A stretch of 53,184 bases of DNA from Gammaproteobacteria bacterium RIFCSPLOWO2_02_FULL_38_11 (GTDB lineage: Bacteria > Pseudomonadota > Gammaproteobacteria > HIGHO2-12-38-15), in contig MGYM01000039.1 of the NCBI GenBank assembly GCA_001801745.1, positions 1 through 53,184 on the forward strand, written 5' to 3'. The notes under the pieces were generated by a model. That model did no database searches. It had not been told where the DNA came from and saw nothing but the letters and a program-made list of their open reading frames with translations. Position numbers and translations under genes: made by a program. Positions 8,041 to 17,436 of this stretch are shown one piece after another (within the stretch, counting starts at the first letter, position 1; every line of letters begins with the position of its first letter).

Positions 8041-8838
8041 ATGAAAATGATGGGGTCCCCCCAATTATTTCCTCAAAATGATTTTGTTATGAGGATTATA
8101 AGAAATTTTCGAGAAGGTAAGCCTTTATCAGCACGACAACTTCATTTCCTAAGACAAAATCAAGGGAGGGTAAGCACAGCAACGCTTGATCCTATCATGC
8201 ATTATTATCATATCTATAAACACCCCAGTTCTTCTTTTTTGTTGCCACAGTCGCATTTAGATCAATCTTTAATGCAACGTTTCAAAAGACAGCTTGAGGT
8301 TGATCTGGAAACCATGGGGCGTGGCATAGAAGTTGAGTTTACGATTGAGCAATATAATCAATTACGAAAATTTGTTGCCGGAGAACCTTATTTGCAAATA
8401 GGTGAGCCTATTTTACATCAAGGCTTGCCGAGTGTGCATTCGGGCGAGCATTTTCAATTTTTTAATATGCCTTCCTTGCATCGTGGTAGTCCGCACTTTG
8501 AGTTAGGGATGCCTTATCTGGACCCTGAGATGCCTTATCTTCATCGAGGCATGCCTTTGTTGCCTTCAGGTGCGCCACATCTGGATTTGGATTTTTTTCA
8601 ATGGGAAAATTTATACGGTATTGTGTCAGAGAGAAATAATTTTACGGCACGTGTGAAAGTGTATTTTGATCAATTAAGGAATCGCTTGTTACACATTGTT
8701 GTGCAAGATTATTTGCGCAAACAGCAGCAACAGCAGCAGTTACAGCTTCAAAAAGTCGTCGTTCCTTCTCAAATCATTCAATTAGCTAATAATCCATTTA
8801 CCCCTGCTCCTTCCCCGCCCCGGCTTGTTATGAGATAA
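8041..8838 (+). CDS. Hypothetical protein with ten GxPxLxx heptad repeats and a C-terminal polyQ tract
   Basis: ATG at 8041 is preceded by agggtga; the ORF track's TTG at 8023 is less likely. No family recognised. See the repeat feature at 8380-8589. Confidence 0.55.
   Translation: MKMMGSPQLFPQNDFVMRIIRNFREGKPLSARQLHFLRQNQGRVSTATLDPIMHYYHIYKHPSSSFLLPQSHLDQSLMQRFKRQLEVDLETMGRGIEVEFTIEQYNQLRKFVAGEPYLQIGEPILHQGLPSVHSGEHFQFFNMPSLHRGSPHFELGMPYLDPEMPYLHRGMPLLPSGAPHLDLDFFQWENLYGIVSERNNFTARVKVYFDQLRNRLLHIVVQDYLRKQQQQQQLQLQKVVVPSQIIQLANNPFTPAPSPPRLVMR
8380..8589 (+). repeat. Ten tandem degenerate 21-bp (heptapeptide) repeats inside the CDS
   Basis: Translation reads GEPYLQI GEPILHQ GLPSVHS GEHFQFF NMPSLHR GSPHFEL GMPYLDP EMPYLHR GMPLLPS GAPHLDL. 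The consensus is G-x-P-x-L-x-x. Confidence 0.8.
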
Positions 8839-9337
8839 GTGGTTTGAAATCTAAGATATTTTTTAATAGAACAAGCACGGCAATGATACAGGCGACAATA
8901 AGTAAAGTTTGAAATTCCCAGTTATCAAGAATTAAACCCAGCGCAAAACCAGCCGCAGGGGGGTGAGGCATGCGTAAAGTTACCATCAATAATAATGTTA
9001 ATGTCAGCGTTAACCCGCCTAAAATCACAGGGTAGTAAGCATAATAGAAGCTTGAAGGCGAGGGGAAATGATGCGTCAATAAAAAATGAAATCCTATGCC
9101 TAGGCTAATCGCAATAACATAACCTCCCACAATCGCTTTGTTTTGACCTGCAAGTGTGTGTGGTGCAGTGAAAATAATAAAAATACTGGATGCAATTGAA
9201 GACAAACCGATGGCATTAAAAATTGGGTGATAAGAAAATTTATTGAAAAAAGCAAGCAAAATCAATAAAACAATGCCGGCAAAAATTGCTTGGCGTAAAG
9301 TATAAAGAGCCGTTAGAATGAACCCCTTTAATTGCAT
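8828..9337 (-). CDS. HPP-family integral membrane protein
   Basis: Carries the signature RMPHPPAAG and has 4-5 TM segments. I prefer the internal ATG at 9337 (MQLKGF.., aagg upstream) over the ORF-track start at 9412, which would overlap the divergent PPTase gene. Confidence 0.6.
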   Translation of the reverse strand: MQLKGFILTALYTLRQAIFAGIVLLILLAFFNKFSYHPIFNAIGLSSIASSIFIIFTAPHTLAGQNKAIVGGYVIAISLGIGFHFLLTHHFPSPSSFYYAYYPVILGGLTLTLTLLLMVTLRMPHPPAAGFALGLILDNWEFQTLLIVACIIAVLVLLKNILDFKPLIS

Positions 9338-9352
9338 AGATAACCTTTTAAC

Positions 9353-10033
9353 ATGCTTAAAACGTGGAAGACGTTTGATTCTAGTGATGCGTTGGGAGAG
9401 GCAGATGTCCATGTCATTTTACTTGATGTGAATGATTTTATGGGACAACTCTCTGCTTATCAACTCTTTTTAAATGAAGAAGAGTTGATTAAAAACCAAC
9501 ATGCCCATTTCATCATAGCGCGAGGTATTTTAAGGCAATTATTGGCGTATTATCTGAAGTGTCATCCAAAAGAACTTGTTTTTGAATATGAAAAAAAAGG
9601 AAAACCGTCTTTAAAAAACAATGATCTTCTTTTTAATTTAAGCCATGCTCATCAGAAAATAATTTATGTTTTTTCAAAAAAAAGAAAAGTAGGAGTCGAT
9701 GTTGAGTTTAAAAAAAGAGAAGTTAACTTTTTAAAAATCGCAGAGCGTTTTTTTTCATTATCAGAAAGTCAATATTTAAAAAATTTACCTAGTGCACAAC
9801 TGCTTGATATGTTTTATCGTTTATGGACATACAAAGAAGCTTACGTCAAAGCTTTAGGCCAAGGGATAAGTTCATTCCAGGATTTTTCAATAGATGTAAA
9901 AAAAAACCCCCTTGATATAAATCATTTTAGGTTGTCAGAGTTTTTTTTTGCAGAAGAATATCAAGCTGCAGTGGCAATCGAAAAAAACATCCCATGCAAT
10001 ATCTTGTTTTTTAAATTAAACCAAGATCTTTGA
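9353..10033 (+). CDS. 4'-phosphopantetheinyl transferase, Sfp/EntD type
   Basis: Motifs KGKPSL, FNLSHA, VGVDVE and [12 protein letters not shown] are characteristic of Sfp-type PPTases. Confidence 0.8.
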   Translation: MLKTWKTFDSSDALGEADVHVILLDVNDFMGQLSAYQLFLNEEELIKNQHAHFIIARGILRQLLAYYLKCHPKELVFEYEKKGKPSLKNNDLLFNLSHAHQKIIYVFSKKRKVGVDVEFKKREVNFLKIAERFFSLSESQYLKNLPSAQLLDMFYRLWTYKEAYVKALGQGISSFQDFSIDVKKNPLDINHFRLSEFFFAEEYQAAVAIEKNIPCNILFFKLNQDL

Positions 10034-10997
10034 TGGTATCCCGTTCTTTTCGAAGTTCATTCAGGGTTATCTGGATTTTTTCTTTTGCGAAATCATTGTG
10101 CTCTATATTTTGAATGATATGTGGTTTTTCTTGAGTAACCCGACAAGGAAATGAAAAAATAAGATTGTCATCAATATTGTAGAGTCCACCGCTGTTTAAT
10201 CCCACAGAAAAACATTCATCTGGCGGTGTTTGTGAAATGAGATGGCGTATGCTGTTTAATGCGGCATTGGCAGCAGAAGCAGCAGAGGAAGCACCGCGTG
10301 CTTTAATTACTTCAGCGCCCCGTTGTTGTACCTGTGAAATAAATTGATTTTGCAACCAACTTAAATCTCGAATAACTTCTGTGACAGGTTTGTGATTGAT
10401 CTTTGCATGATAGAAATCAGGAAATTGTGTGTTTGAGTGATTTCCCCATATAGCAACGTGATTAATTTCAGAAACGGGGACATTTGCTTTTTTAGCAAGT
10501 TGGCCTCGTGCACGGTTTTCATCTAATAAGGTCATGGCATAAAAACGATCTCTTGGGATGTCCGGCGCGTGGTGTTGTGCGATAAGACAATTTGTGTTGC
10601 AAGGATTCCCTACCACAAAAACACGAAGATCATTTGCTGCATATTCGTTTAATGCTTTTCCTTGAGCACTAAAGATAGTGCCGTTAATTTTCAGTAAATC
10701 AGAACGTTCCATGCCGGCTTTTCGAGGGCTAGAGCCCACTAAGATTGCCCAGTTCACATCTTTAAATGCAGAATTAGGATCTGAGGTGGAAATAATGTTT
10801 TTGAGTAAAGGAAAGGCGCAATCTTCCAACTCCATGATAATGCCTTGTAAGCTTGGGAGTGCTTGTTCAAGCTCAAGTAATTGCAATTCGATTTGAACAT
10901 CCGGGCCGAACATTTCACCTGCTGCAATTCGAAATAACAGTGCATAGCCAATTTGGCCGGCTGAGCCTGTTAGAGCTACTTTTACACGTTTTTTCAT
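10011..10997 (-). CDS. mdh: Malate dehydrogenase (LDH-like, type 2 family)
   Basis: 328 aa. N-terminal Rossmann motif [19 protein letters not shown], then VGNPCNTN and IWGNHS. Confidence 0.9.
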   Translation of the reverse strand: MKKRVKVALTGSAGQIGYALLFRIAAGEMFGPDVQIELQLLELEQALPSLQGIIMELEDCAFPLLKNIISTSDPNSAFKDVNWAILVGSSPRKAGMERSDLLKINGTIFSAQGKALNEYAANDLRVFVVGNPCNTNCLIAQHHAPDIPRDRFYAMTLLDENRARGQLAKKANVPVSEINHVAIWGNHSNTQFPDFYHAKINHKPVTEVIRDLSWLQNQFISQVQQRGAEVIKARGASSAASAANAALNSIRHLISQTPPDECFSVGLNSGGLYNIDDNLIFSFPCRVTQEKPHIIQNIEHNDFAKEKIQITLNELRKERDTIKDLGLI

Positions 10998-11024
10998 ATA
11001 TTTATATTTTCCCCTTAAGTCAAG

Positions 11025-13208
11025 TTAAGTCAAAGCAATTAATTGAGTAAATTCTAATGATAGCCATTTGATCCCTTCTTTTTTAAAACGGATTTGAATG
11101 CGTGTTTGAGGGCCTTGTCCTTCATAATTTAAAATAACACCCTCACCAAATTTTGCATGTCGAACAGTTTGTCCAATGTGGAAACCTGCAATTTTAACAG
11201 CTGCCACCTCAGGTTTTTTGTTGAAATGAGAAAAATTATTTTTAGAATGTTCTGTTTTTTGCATAGAGATTGGGAAAGTAAATTTAGCAGGGCGTACTTC
11301 ATCAAGCAAATCAGTGGGGATTTCGCGAAGAAAACGAGAAGGGGAATGATGATGCTCTTGTCCATGCATACGTCGTATTTCAGAGTAAGTTAATATTAAT
11401 TTTTTCATCGCACGTGTCATGCCAACATAACAGAGGCGTCGTTCTTCTTCTAAATTACCTTCATTTAAGCTCATGGGATGAGGAAATAAACCTTCTTCTA
11501 AACCACAAATAAATACGACAGGGAATTCCAAACCTTTTGCCGCATGAAGTGTCATGAGTTGTATGCAATCATCACCCGCTTTTGCTTCATACTCTCCGCT
11601 TTCTAATACAGCGTTTGATAAAAAATCAGTGAGTATTTGAACGGTTGTTTCATTTGAGGCAACCGGTAAGGCATTGATAAGTTCTTCTAAGTTTTCAATG
11701 CGTGCTTGGCCTTTTTCACCTTTTTCTTTTTGGTAATGTTCAATTAAACCTGATTGGTGAATGACAGCGGAGGTCAATTCAGGCAGTGATCGTGAATTGA
11801 GTAATTCTGTTAAGCTTTCAATGAGGAGATGAAATCGTTCTAAGGCTGTTTGTGCGCGTGTTGTTAAGCTTTGAGATTTTAAGGTAGATAACATGGCTTG
11901 CCACAGTGAAATTTGATTTAGTTTGGCTTGATCACGCAAAATGCCAAGGGTTTGTTCGCCAATACCACGTGTGGGCACATTAATAATGCGCTCAAAGGCT
12001 GTATCATCGTTTCGATTGAGGAGTAAACGTAAATACGATAATGCATCTTTAATTTCAGCTCGTTCAAAAAAGCGTAAACCACCATAAACCCGATAAGGAA
12101 CAGCTGCTTGAATTAAGTTTTCTTCAAGTACACGGGATTGTGCGTTTGATCGATAAAGTACTGCAATTTGTTTACGATCATAGCCTGCACGTAAATTTTG
12201 TTTGATTTTTTCAATCACAAAATTAGCTTCGTCCAATTCATTGAATGCGGCGTAAAGACTGATTTTTTCACCCGATTCACCAGCAGTCCATAAGTTTTTT
12301 CCTAATCGTTGATCATTATTGGCAATCAATGTATTAGCAGCAGAAAGGATAGTACTTGTTGATCGATAATTTTGTTCAAGTCGAATGGTATGTGCAGAAG
12401 GGAAATCTTGGCTAAAACGCTGAATATTTTCAACTTTTGCACCTCGCCAACCATAAATCGATTGATCATCATCACCCACGGTCATCAAACTGTTTTGTGC
12501 GCCCATGAATTGTTGTATCCAATGATATTGAATTGTGTTTGTATCTTGGAATTCATCTACGAGCACATGTGTGAATCGAGATTGATAATGAGAGAGTAGG
12601 TTGGGATTTTTTAATAACTCAACACAAGCAAGCAATAATTCAGAAAAATCAACCAGGCCTCGTTGCTTTCGTAAAGTTTCATAAGTTTCATAAACTTGTT
12701 TTAATGTTTTTGTGTGAGGATCATGCGCCTGTATCTGATTAGGACGTAGTCCAGATTCCTTTTTGCCATTAATAAAGTTTGTAACAGATCGGGGCGTCCA
12801 TCGTTCTTCGTCTAATTGTAATGATTGAATGCTGCGACGCACCAAGCGTACTTGATCGTCTGCATCAAGAATTTGAAAATTCTGAGGAAGTTGTGCTTCT
12901 TGCCAGTGCAAACGTAAGAGGCGGTGCGCTAGGCTATGAAAAGTGCCCACCCACATTGATTGCACGGAAGCCTTTAAAAGATTTTCTATGCGTTTGCGAA
13001 TTTCATTAGCTGCTTTGTTTGTGAAAGTAACCGCGAGAATATTATAAGGGTGAAGAGGGGTTGTTTTTAACAACCAGGCTATGCGGTGCACTAAAACACG
13101 TGTTTTTCCACTACCTGCGCCCGCCAGGACTAATAAATGTTGTTGGGTGGCGCAAACTGCTTCTCTTTGTGCAGGATTGAGTGCATCAAGAAAATCATCT
13201 TTTTCCAT
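11025..13208 (-). CDS. uvrD: DNA helicase II (UvrD)
   Basis: 727 aa. Walker A AGAGSGKT, then TFTNKAA, VDEFQDTN, YRS, and the helicase V/VI motif LMTLHAAKGLEF..VGMTRA. Confidence 0.95.
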   Translation of the reverse strand: MEKDDFLDALNPAQREAVCATQQHLLVLAGAGSGKTRVLVHRIAWLLKTTPLHPYNILAVTFTNKAANEIRKRIENLLKASVQSMWVGTFHSLAHRLLRLHWQEAQLPQNFQILDADDQVRLVRRSIQSLQLDEERWTPRSVTNFINGKKESGLRPNQIQAHDPHTKTLKQVYETYETLRKQRGLVDFSELLLACVELLKNPNLLSHYQSRFTHVLVDEFQDTNTIQYHWIQQFMGAQNSLMTVGDDDQSIYGWRGAKVENIQRFSQDFPSAHTIRLEQNYRSTSTILSAANTLIANNDQRLGKNLWTAGESGEKISLYAAFNELDEANFVIEKIKQNLRAGYDRKQIAVLYRSNAQSRVLEENLIQAAVPYRVYGGLRFFERAEIKDALSYLRLLLNRNDDTAFERIINVPTRGIGEQTLGILRDQAKLNQISLWQAMLSTLKSQSLTTRAQTALERFHLLIESLTELLNSRSLPELTSAVIHQSGLIEHYQKEKGEKGQARIENLEELINALPVASNETTVQILTDFLSNAVLESGEYEAKAGDDCIQLMTLHAAKGLEFPVVFICGLEEGLFPHPMSLNEGNLEEERRLCYVGMTRAMKKLILTYSEIRRMHGQEHHHSPSRFLREIPTDLLDEVRPAKFTFPISMQKTEHSKNNFSHFNKKPEVAAVKIAGFHIGQTVRHAKFGEGVILNYEGQGPQTRIQIRFKKEGIKWLSLEFTQLIALT

Positions 13209-13226
13209 GAAAGTTTCCAGTAAAAA

Positions 13227-13874
13227 TTATTTTTTGGTTTTTTGCAGCGCTGCTTGTGCAATAAGATAATTAATGATTTTCATTAACTCTTTGGGATCAC
13301 CGTTAGCCATCGCAAGATCAGTTTGATAAACATTGTCAATGACAAAGGTGGGGATTTGTATGATGCTGTATTGACGCATGAGTTCTGCGCCTTTTGCAAT
13401 TTGTGCATCGATGCCTGGTGAAAATTCATAGACTCCTATAAAATTGTCGCGTTGAATCCCTTGTTTTTGAAATATGAAAGCCAATGTTTCTTTATTTGCA
13501 TCAAGATGATCTTCTTGGACGGCTTTAAAAAGAGGCATCACCATGCGATTTGCGATGTGTAGGTTTTTGGAGACATAGAATGCTTTTGCAAGAGGATACC
13601 ATTCTTCATGAAAAACAGCCGGGACACGATCAAAAATAGCTATTTTTGGTTTGGTAATGAGCCAGATTTGGAGCTCAGGCTCAATTTTATAACAGGCAGG
13701 GCAGCCAAAACTAAAAAATTCAATTACTTCAACATTATTTTTATTATGAGTAGAGGGGTAGGGTTTAAGAAGCAGTTTGTAATTTTTCCCTAACGTAAAT
13801 GTTTCTGCAGACGTAGTTAAAGGCAGGCAACCTAACAAAATAAAATAAAATAAATAAAAATGAAATAAACGCAT
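13227..13874 (-). CDS. dsbA: Thiol:disulfide interchange protein DsbA
   Basis: Signal peptide, active site FFSFGCPACY, and a cis-Pro region IQIPTFVI. Confidence 0.85.
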   Translation of the reverse strand: MRLFHFYLFYFILLGCLPLTTSAETFTLGKNYKLLLKPYPSTHNKNNVEVIEFFSFGCPACYKIEPELQIWLITKPKIAIFDRVPAVFHEEWYPLAKAFYVSKNLHIANRMVMPLFKAVQEDHLDANKETLAFIFQKQGIQRDNFIGVYEFSPGIDAQIAKGAELMRQYSIIQIPTFVIDNVYQTDLAMANGDPKELMKIINYLIAQAALQKTKK

Positions 13875-13907
13875 AATGATGTTTCCCTTTAATGCAGTAG
13901 AGGTGTT

Positions 13908-13940
13908 AGAGTGCCTCTAAAAATTAGAGGTGCCCTTAAG
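13908..13940. repeat. Minimal copy (fused termini only) of the CTCTAAAAATT palindromic element
   Basis: agagtgcctctaaaaattagaggtgcccttaag consists of the two termini seen at 2699-2850, joined without the internal segment. It lies in the divergent dsbA/engB intergenic region. Confidence 0.5.
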
Positions 13941-13990
13941 TTTGGGTAAGCTTAACTTGTAATCATTGATTTGTCATCTTGAGAATAAGC

Positions 13991-14584
13991 ATGTTAAAAC
14001 TCGATTTCAAAAAAACGTTTTTTATCAAAAGCGCTGCGTATTTTAGCCAGTGTGTCTCTGATCAAGGCAAAGAAATTGCATTTGTAGGTCGCTCTAATGT
14101 AGGTAAATCCAGCGCTTTGAATGTTTTGGTGGGACATAAGCTTGCACGAACGAGTAAATCTCCTGGTAGAACGCAATTAATTAATTTTTTTGAAATTAAA
14201 AAAAATTATCGTTTAGTTGATTTGCCCGGTTATGGTTATGCTAAAGTTTCTGAAGAAGTTAAAAAACGCTGGGAAGAAAACTTAACGCGTTATTTTCAAG
14301 AAAGGAAAAGTTTAATAGGCATTGTCTTGCTTTGTGATTTAAGACATCTTTTGAAAGAAAATGATTTTAATTTTATTAAATTTATTTTAGATCTTCAATT
14401 ACCTTTGCATCTTCTGTTAACGAAATCAGATAAATTATCAAAACATGAGGGGCTTGAGAAATTAAAAAAACTTGAAAGAGAGTTTAAGGATGTTGAGCTT
14501 ATGAGTTTCCAGCTTTTTTCAGCGCATACAAAAGGGGGGCTTGATATTTTAGAATTGCAGTTGCAAAAATGGTTTAATTCTTAA
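13991..14584 (+). CDS. engB: Ribosome biogenesis GTP-binding protein EngB/YsxC/YihA
   Basis: G1 motif GRSNVGKSS, G3 motif DLPGYG, G4 motif TKSDK. ATG at 13991 is preferred over TTG at 13979. Confidence 0.9.
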   Translation: MLKLDFKKTFFIKSAAYFSQCVSDQGKEIAFVGRSNVGKSSALNVLVGHKLARTSKSPGRTQLINFFEIKKNYRLVDLPGYGYAKVSEEVKKRWEENLTRYFQERKSLIGIVLLCDLRHLLKENDFNFIKFILDLQLPLHLLLTKSDKLSKHEGLEKLKKLEREFKDVELMSFQLFSAHTKGGLDILELQLQKWFNS

Positions 14585-14667
14585 CAGCGCCTGAGGCTTG
14601 CTTTGGAGCGATTGTCAAAGTACCCTTTTGAGGTTGATTTTTTAGTAATTAATAAAAGGAAATTTTT

Positions 14668-15387
14668 ATGGATGCGTCGTCTCAATCTTTGAATCCAGAA
14701 AGTAACAAGAAATTACAAGGCGTTCTGCAACAATTAACGGATTTTATAGCGCGTTATGAAGTAATTGAGAAAAACCTAGAATTTCGAGGACAAGAATTAG
14801 AATCATTTTTGACAGACAGTGAAAATCGAATTAAAGAAACGGTTGAATCCATCAAAGATGCCTTACAGCATTATGAAGAAGTCATGTCAGAAATGGGGGC
14901 AGCACGTTTTCGGATTAATGTGGAAAATTTATTACAACAAGGAGAAGGGCATCTTCAATCTCTTCAAACTTTAGGATCAAAATTAATAAAAGAAATTGAA
15001 GTAGAATCCACAGAGTTTAATAAAAACGTTCAGAAGATGAGTCAGCACTTTCATGAGACTTTAAATGAAATTGATCTTGAAGAAGTTAAAGACACGGCAG
15101 AGCACATTTATCATTTGTTAGAAGAATTAAGTGTAGAAGCCATGAAAAAAATAAATAAAACTTTCCAAGGATTTTTTTGGAAAAACATGGTTATTATTAT
15201 TTTTTCTTTTATCGTTGCTGTGGTACTCATGGGTGAATATTTTAATAGTGAGTGGCCTTGGGAATCTCATAGTCGTGCTTCTGAAGAACGATGGGTGGGG
15301 GGGGACATTCTTCAATCCTGGAATACGATGGATCCGGCGGTAAGAAAATATTTGCAAGATAATGTTTTTACTGACAAACGATCCTAG
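14668..15387 (+). CDS. Hypothetical coiled-coil protein with a single C-proximal transmembrane segment
   Basis: 239 aa. About 170 aa are E/K/Q/L-rich with heptad character, followed by a TM segment NMVIIIFSFIVAVVLMG and a roughly 50-aa tail. No family recognised. Confidence 0.5.
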   Translation: MDASSQSLNPESNKKLQGVLQQLTDFIARYEVIEKNLEFRGQELESFLTDSENRIKETVESIKDALQHYEEVMSEMGAARFRINVENLLQQGEGHLQSLQTLGSKLIKEIEVESTEFNKNVQKMSQHFHETLNEIDLEEVKDTAEHIYHLLEELSVEAMKKINKTFQGFFWKNMVIIIFSFIVAVVLMGEYFNSEWPWESHSRASEERWVGGDILQSWNTMDPAVRKYLQDNVFTDKRS

Positions 15388-15398
15388 GGGTTATTTTT

Positions 15399-16466
15399 GT
15401 GATTGAAGTAGCACAGTTTTCCATTCCTTATTATCAATTTCTTGATGAACAAGCGCGTGCTGTAACAAGCTTGCCTGGCTTTGCAAAGCAGATTGACACC
15501 TTACTTCATTTTTATCGCTTGATGGTTTTGATAAGAACGTTTGATACAAAAGCGATTGCTTTGCAGCGCACAGGAAAATTAGGAACTTACGCTTCTATCT
15601 TAGGGCAAGAAGCCGTTTCAGTAGGCTTGGGGCACGCGATGAAGCCTGAAGATGTACTTTGTCCTGCTTATCGTGAATACGGTGCGCAGATTCAGCGTGG
15701 CGTAACACTTTCTGAGATTTTATTATATTGGGGTGGTGATGAGCGAGGAAATCAATTTCAATCTTCGCATGATTTCCCTATGGCAGTACCGATTGGAACG
15801 CAGAATTTGCATGCTGTGGGAGTGGCGTGTGCTTTTAAATATCGTAAGCAAGCGCGTGTGGCGGTGGCAGCTTGTGGCGATGGTGCTACCTCAGAAGGTG
15901 ATTTTTATGAAGCAATGAATTTAGCGGGTGTATGGAGTTTGCCAGTCGTATTTCTTGTTTCAAATAATCAGTGGGCGATTTCAGTTTCGCGTGATCATCA
16001 AACGCGATGTAAAACGCTGGCACAAAAAGCCATTGCAGCAGGTTTTGAAGGTTGGCAAGTGGATGGAAATGATGTCATTGCAGTCAGAGAAAAAATATCA
16101 GAAGCCCTTGAAAAGGCAAGAGGTGGTGATGGGCCTACGCTAATTGAAGCGCTGACCTATCGCTTGAGTGATCACACGACGGCAGATGATGCAAATCGAT
16201 ATCGTTCAAAACAAGCGCTTGAATTAGCCTATGCTAAAGAACCGATTCGGCGTTTAAAGCGTTATTTGATAGAACAGGGACATTGGTCTGAAGAAAAAGA
16301 AGAGAGTTTATTACAGCTGTGTGCAAAAGAAGTGGGGCAAGCAGTGATGGATTATCAATCGGTATCGTCTGTCACAACAGACGTGATGTTTGATTTTCAT
16401 TTTGAAAAATGTCCTGAAGAATTAGAAGAACAAAAGGCGATAGCATCAGGAAATAAAGATGGTTGA
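15399..16466 (+). CDS. 2-oxoacid (branched-chain keto acid/pyruvate-type) dehydrogenase E1 alpha subunit, TPP-dependent
   Basis: GTG start with an agggg SD. TPP motif region GDGATSEGDFYEAMNLAG...VSNNQWAIS. Confidence 0.85.
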   Translation: MIEVAQFSIPYYQFLDEQARAVTSLPGFAKQIDTLLHFYRLMVLIRTFDTKAIALQRTGKLGTYASILGQEAVSVGLGHAMKPEDVLCPAYREYGAQIQRGVTLSEILLYWGGDERGNQFQSSHDFPMAVPIGTQNLHAVGVACAFKYRKQARVAVAACGDGATSEGDFYEAMNLAGVWSLPVVFLVSNNQWAISVSRDHQTRCKTLAQKAIAAGFEGWQVDGNDVIAVREKISEALEKARGGDGPTLIEALTYRLSDHTTADDANRYRSKQALELAYAKEPIRRLKRYLIEQGHWSEEKEESLLQLCAKEVGQAVMDYQSVSSVTTDVMFDFHFEKCPEELEEQKAIASGNKDG

Positions 16467-17436
16467 AATTACTTTAGTAGAAGCCCTTAACCAAGCTTTA
16501 GCCTATGAAATGCAGTGCGATCCCAATGTACTTGTGTTAGGTGAAGATGTGGGTATTAACGGTGGTGTTTTTCGTGTAACGCAAGATTTACTTAAAAAAT
16601 TTGGTCCGGATCGTGTTTTAGACACACCTTTAGCTGAGTCTATGATAGCGGGAATGTGTGTTGGCATGGCAAGTCAAGGTTTAAGGCCTGTTGCTGAATT
16701 TCAATTTATGGGGTTTAGCTATCCTGGCTTGGATCAAATTATCAATCATGCAACGCGATTACGAAATCGAACGCGTGGGCGATTATCTTGCCCTATTGTT
16801 TATCGTATGCCTTATGGTGCAGGCATCCATGCACCGGAACATCATTCTGAAAGTACAGAAGCGATTTACGCGCATATTCCAGGTTTGAGAGTCGTCATCC
16901 CTTCTTCGCCTGCGCGTGCCTATGGTTTATTGTTAGCGGCTATTCGTGATCCTGACCCTGTTATTTTTTTGGAGCCTTCGCGCTTATATCGTCTTGTAAA
17001 GCAAGCAGTGGTGAATGATGGAAAAGCCTTGCCTTTAGATCGTTGTTTTAAATTACGTGATGGTAGTAATGTGACCTTAATAAGTTGGGGTGCGATGTTG
17101 CATGAAACTTTGAATGTTGCAAAACAAGTAGCAGAAGAAGGTATTGAATGTGACGTGATAGATGTCGCCACCATCAAACCTTTAGATCGTTTGAGTATCC
17201 TGACATCAGTTGAAAAGACAGGGCGTTGTATCATCATTCATGAAGCACCTTTAAATTGTGGTGTAGGTGCTGAAATTGCTGCGATGCTTGCAGAGCAGGG
17301 TTTATTTTTTTTAAAAGCGCCGGTAATACGTGTGACGGGGTACGACACAGTTGTGCCTTATTTTAAACTTGAAAAAAAATATCTTCCCAGTGAATCGCGT
17401 ATCAAGCAAGCGGTTTACACAGTGATGGAGTCTTAA
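16459..17436 (+). CDS. 2-oxoacid dehydrogenase E1 beta subunit
   Basis: 325 aa with the typical transketolase-like pyrimidine-binding region (GEDVG..GGVFRVT..DTPLAE). It overlaps the E1 alpha stop. Confidence 0.9.
   Translation: MVEITLVEALNQALAYEMQCDPNVLVLGEDVGINGGVFRVTQDLLKKFGPDRVLDTPLAESMIAGMCVGMASQGLRPVAEFQFMGFSYPGLDQIINHATRLRNRTRGRLSCPIVYRMPYGAGIHAPEHHSESTEAIYAHIPGLRVVIPSSPARAYGLLLAAIRDPDPVIFLEPSRLYRLVKQAVVNDGKALPLDRCFKLRDGSNVTLISWGAMLHETLNVAKQVAEEGIECDVIDVATIKPLDRLSILTSVEKTGRCIIIHEAPLNCGVGAEIAAMLAEQGLFFLKAPVIRVTGYDTVVPYFKLEKKYLPSESRIKQAVYTVMES

Noticed and set aside
8722-8739. CAG/CAA trinucleotide run (polyQ) as a possible phase-variable simple sequence repeat
   Set aside because: The unit is a triplet, so slippage keeps the frame. 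The run is short and interrupted. It is better described as a low-complexity polyQ tract.
10678-11050. Several 60-80 aa ORFs on both strands around the mdh 5' end (10678-10896, 10754-10951, 10853-11050)
   Set aside because: All are nested in or antisense to mdh/uvrD and have no motifs. The same reasoning applies to the short nested ORFs listed inside the MFS, uvrD, icmP, icmO, arnB, arnT, coxB and coxA genes.
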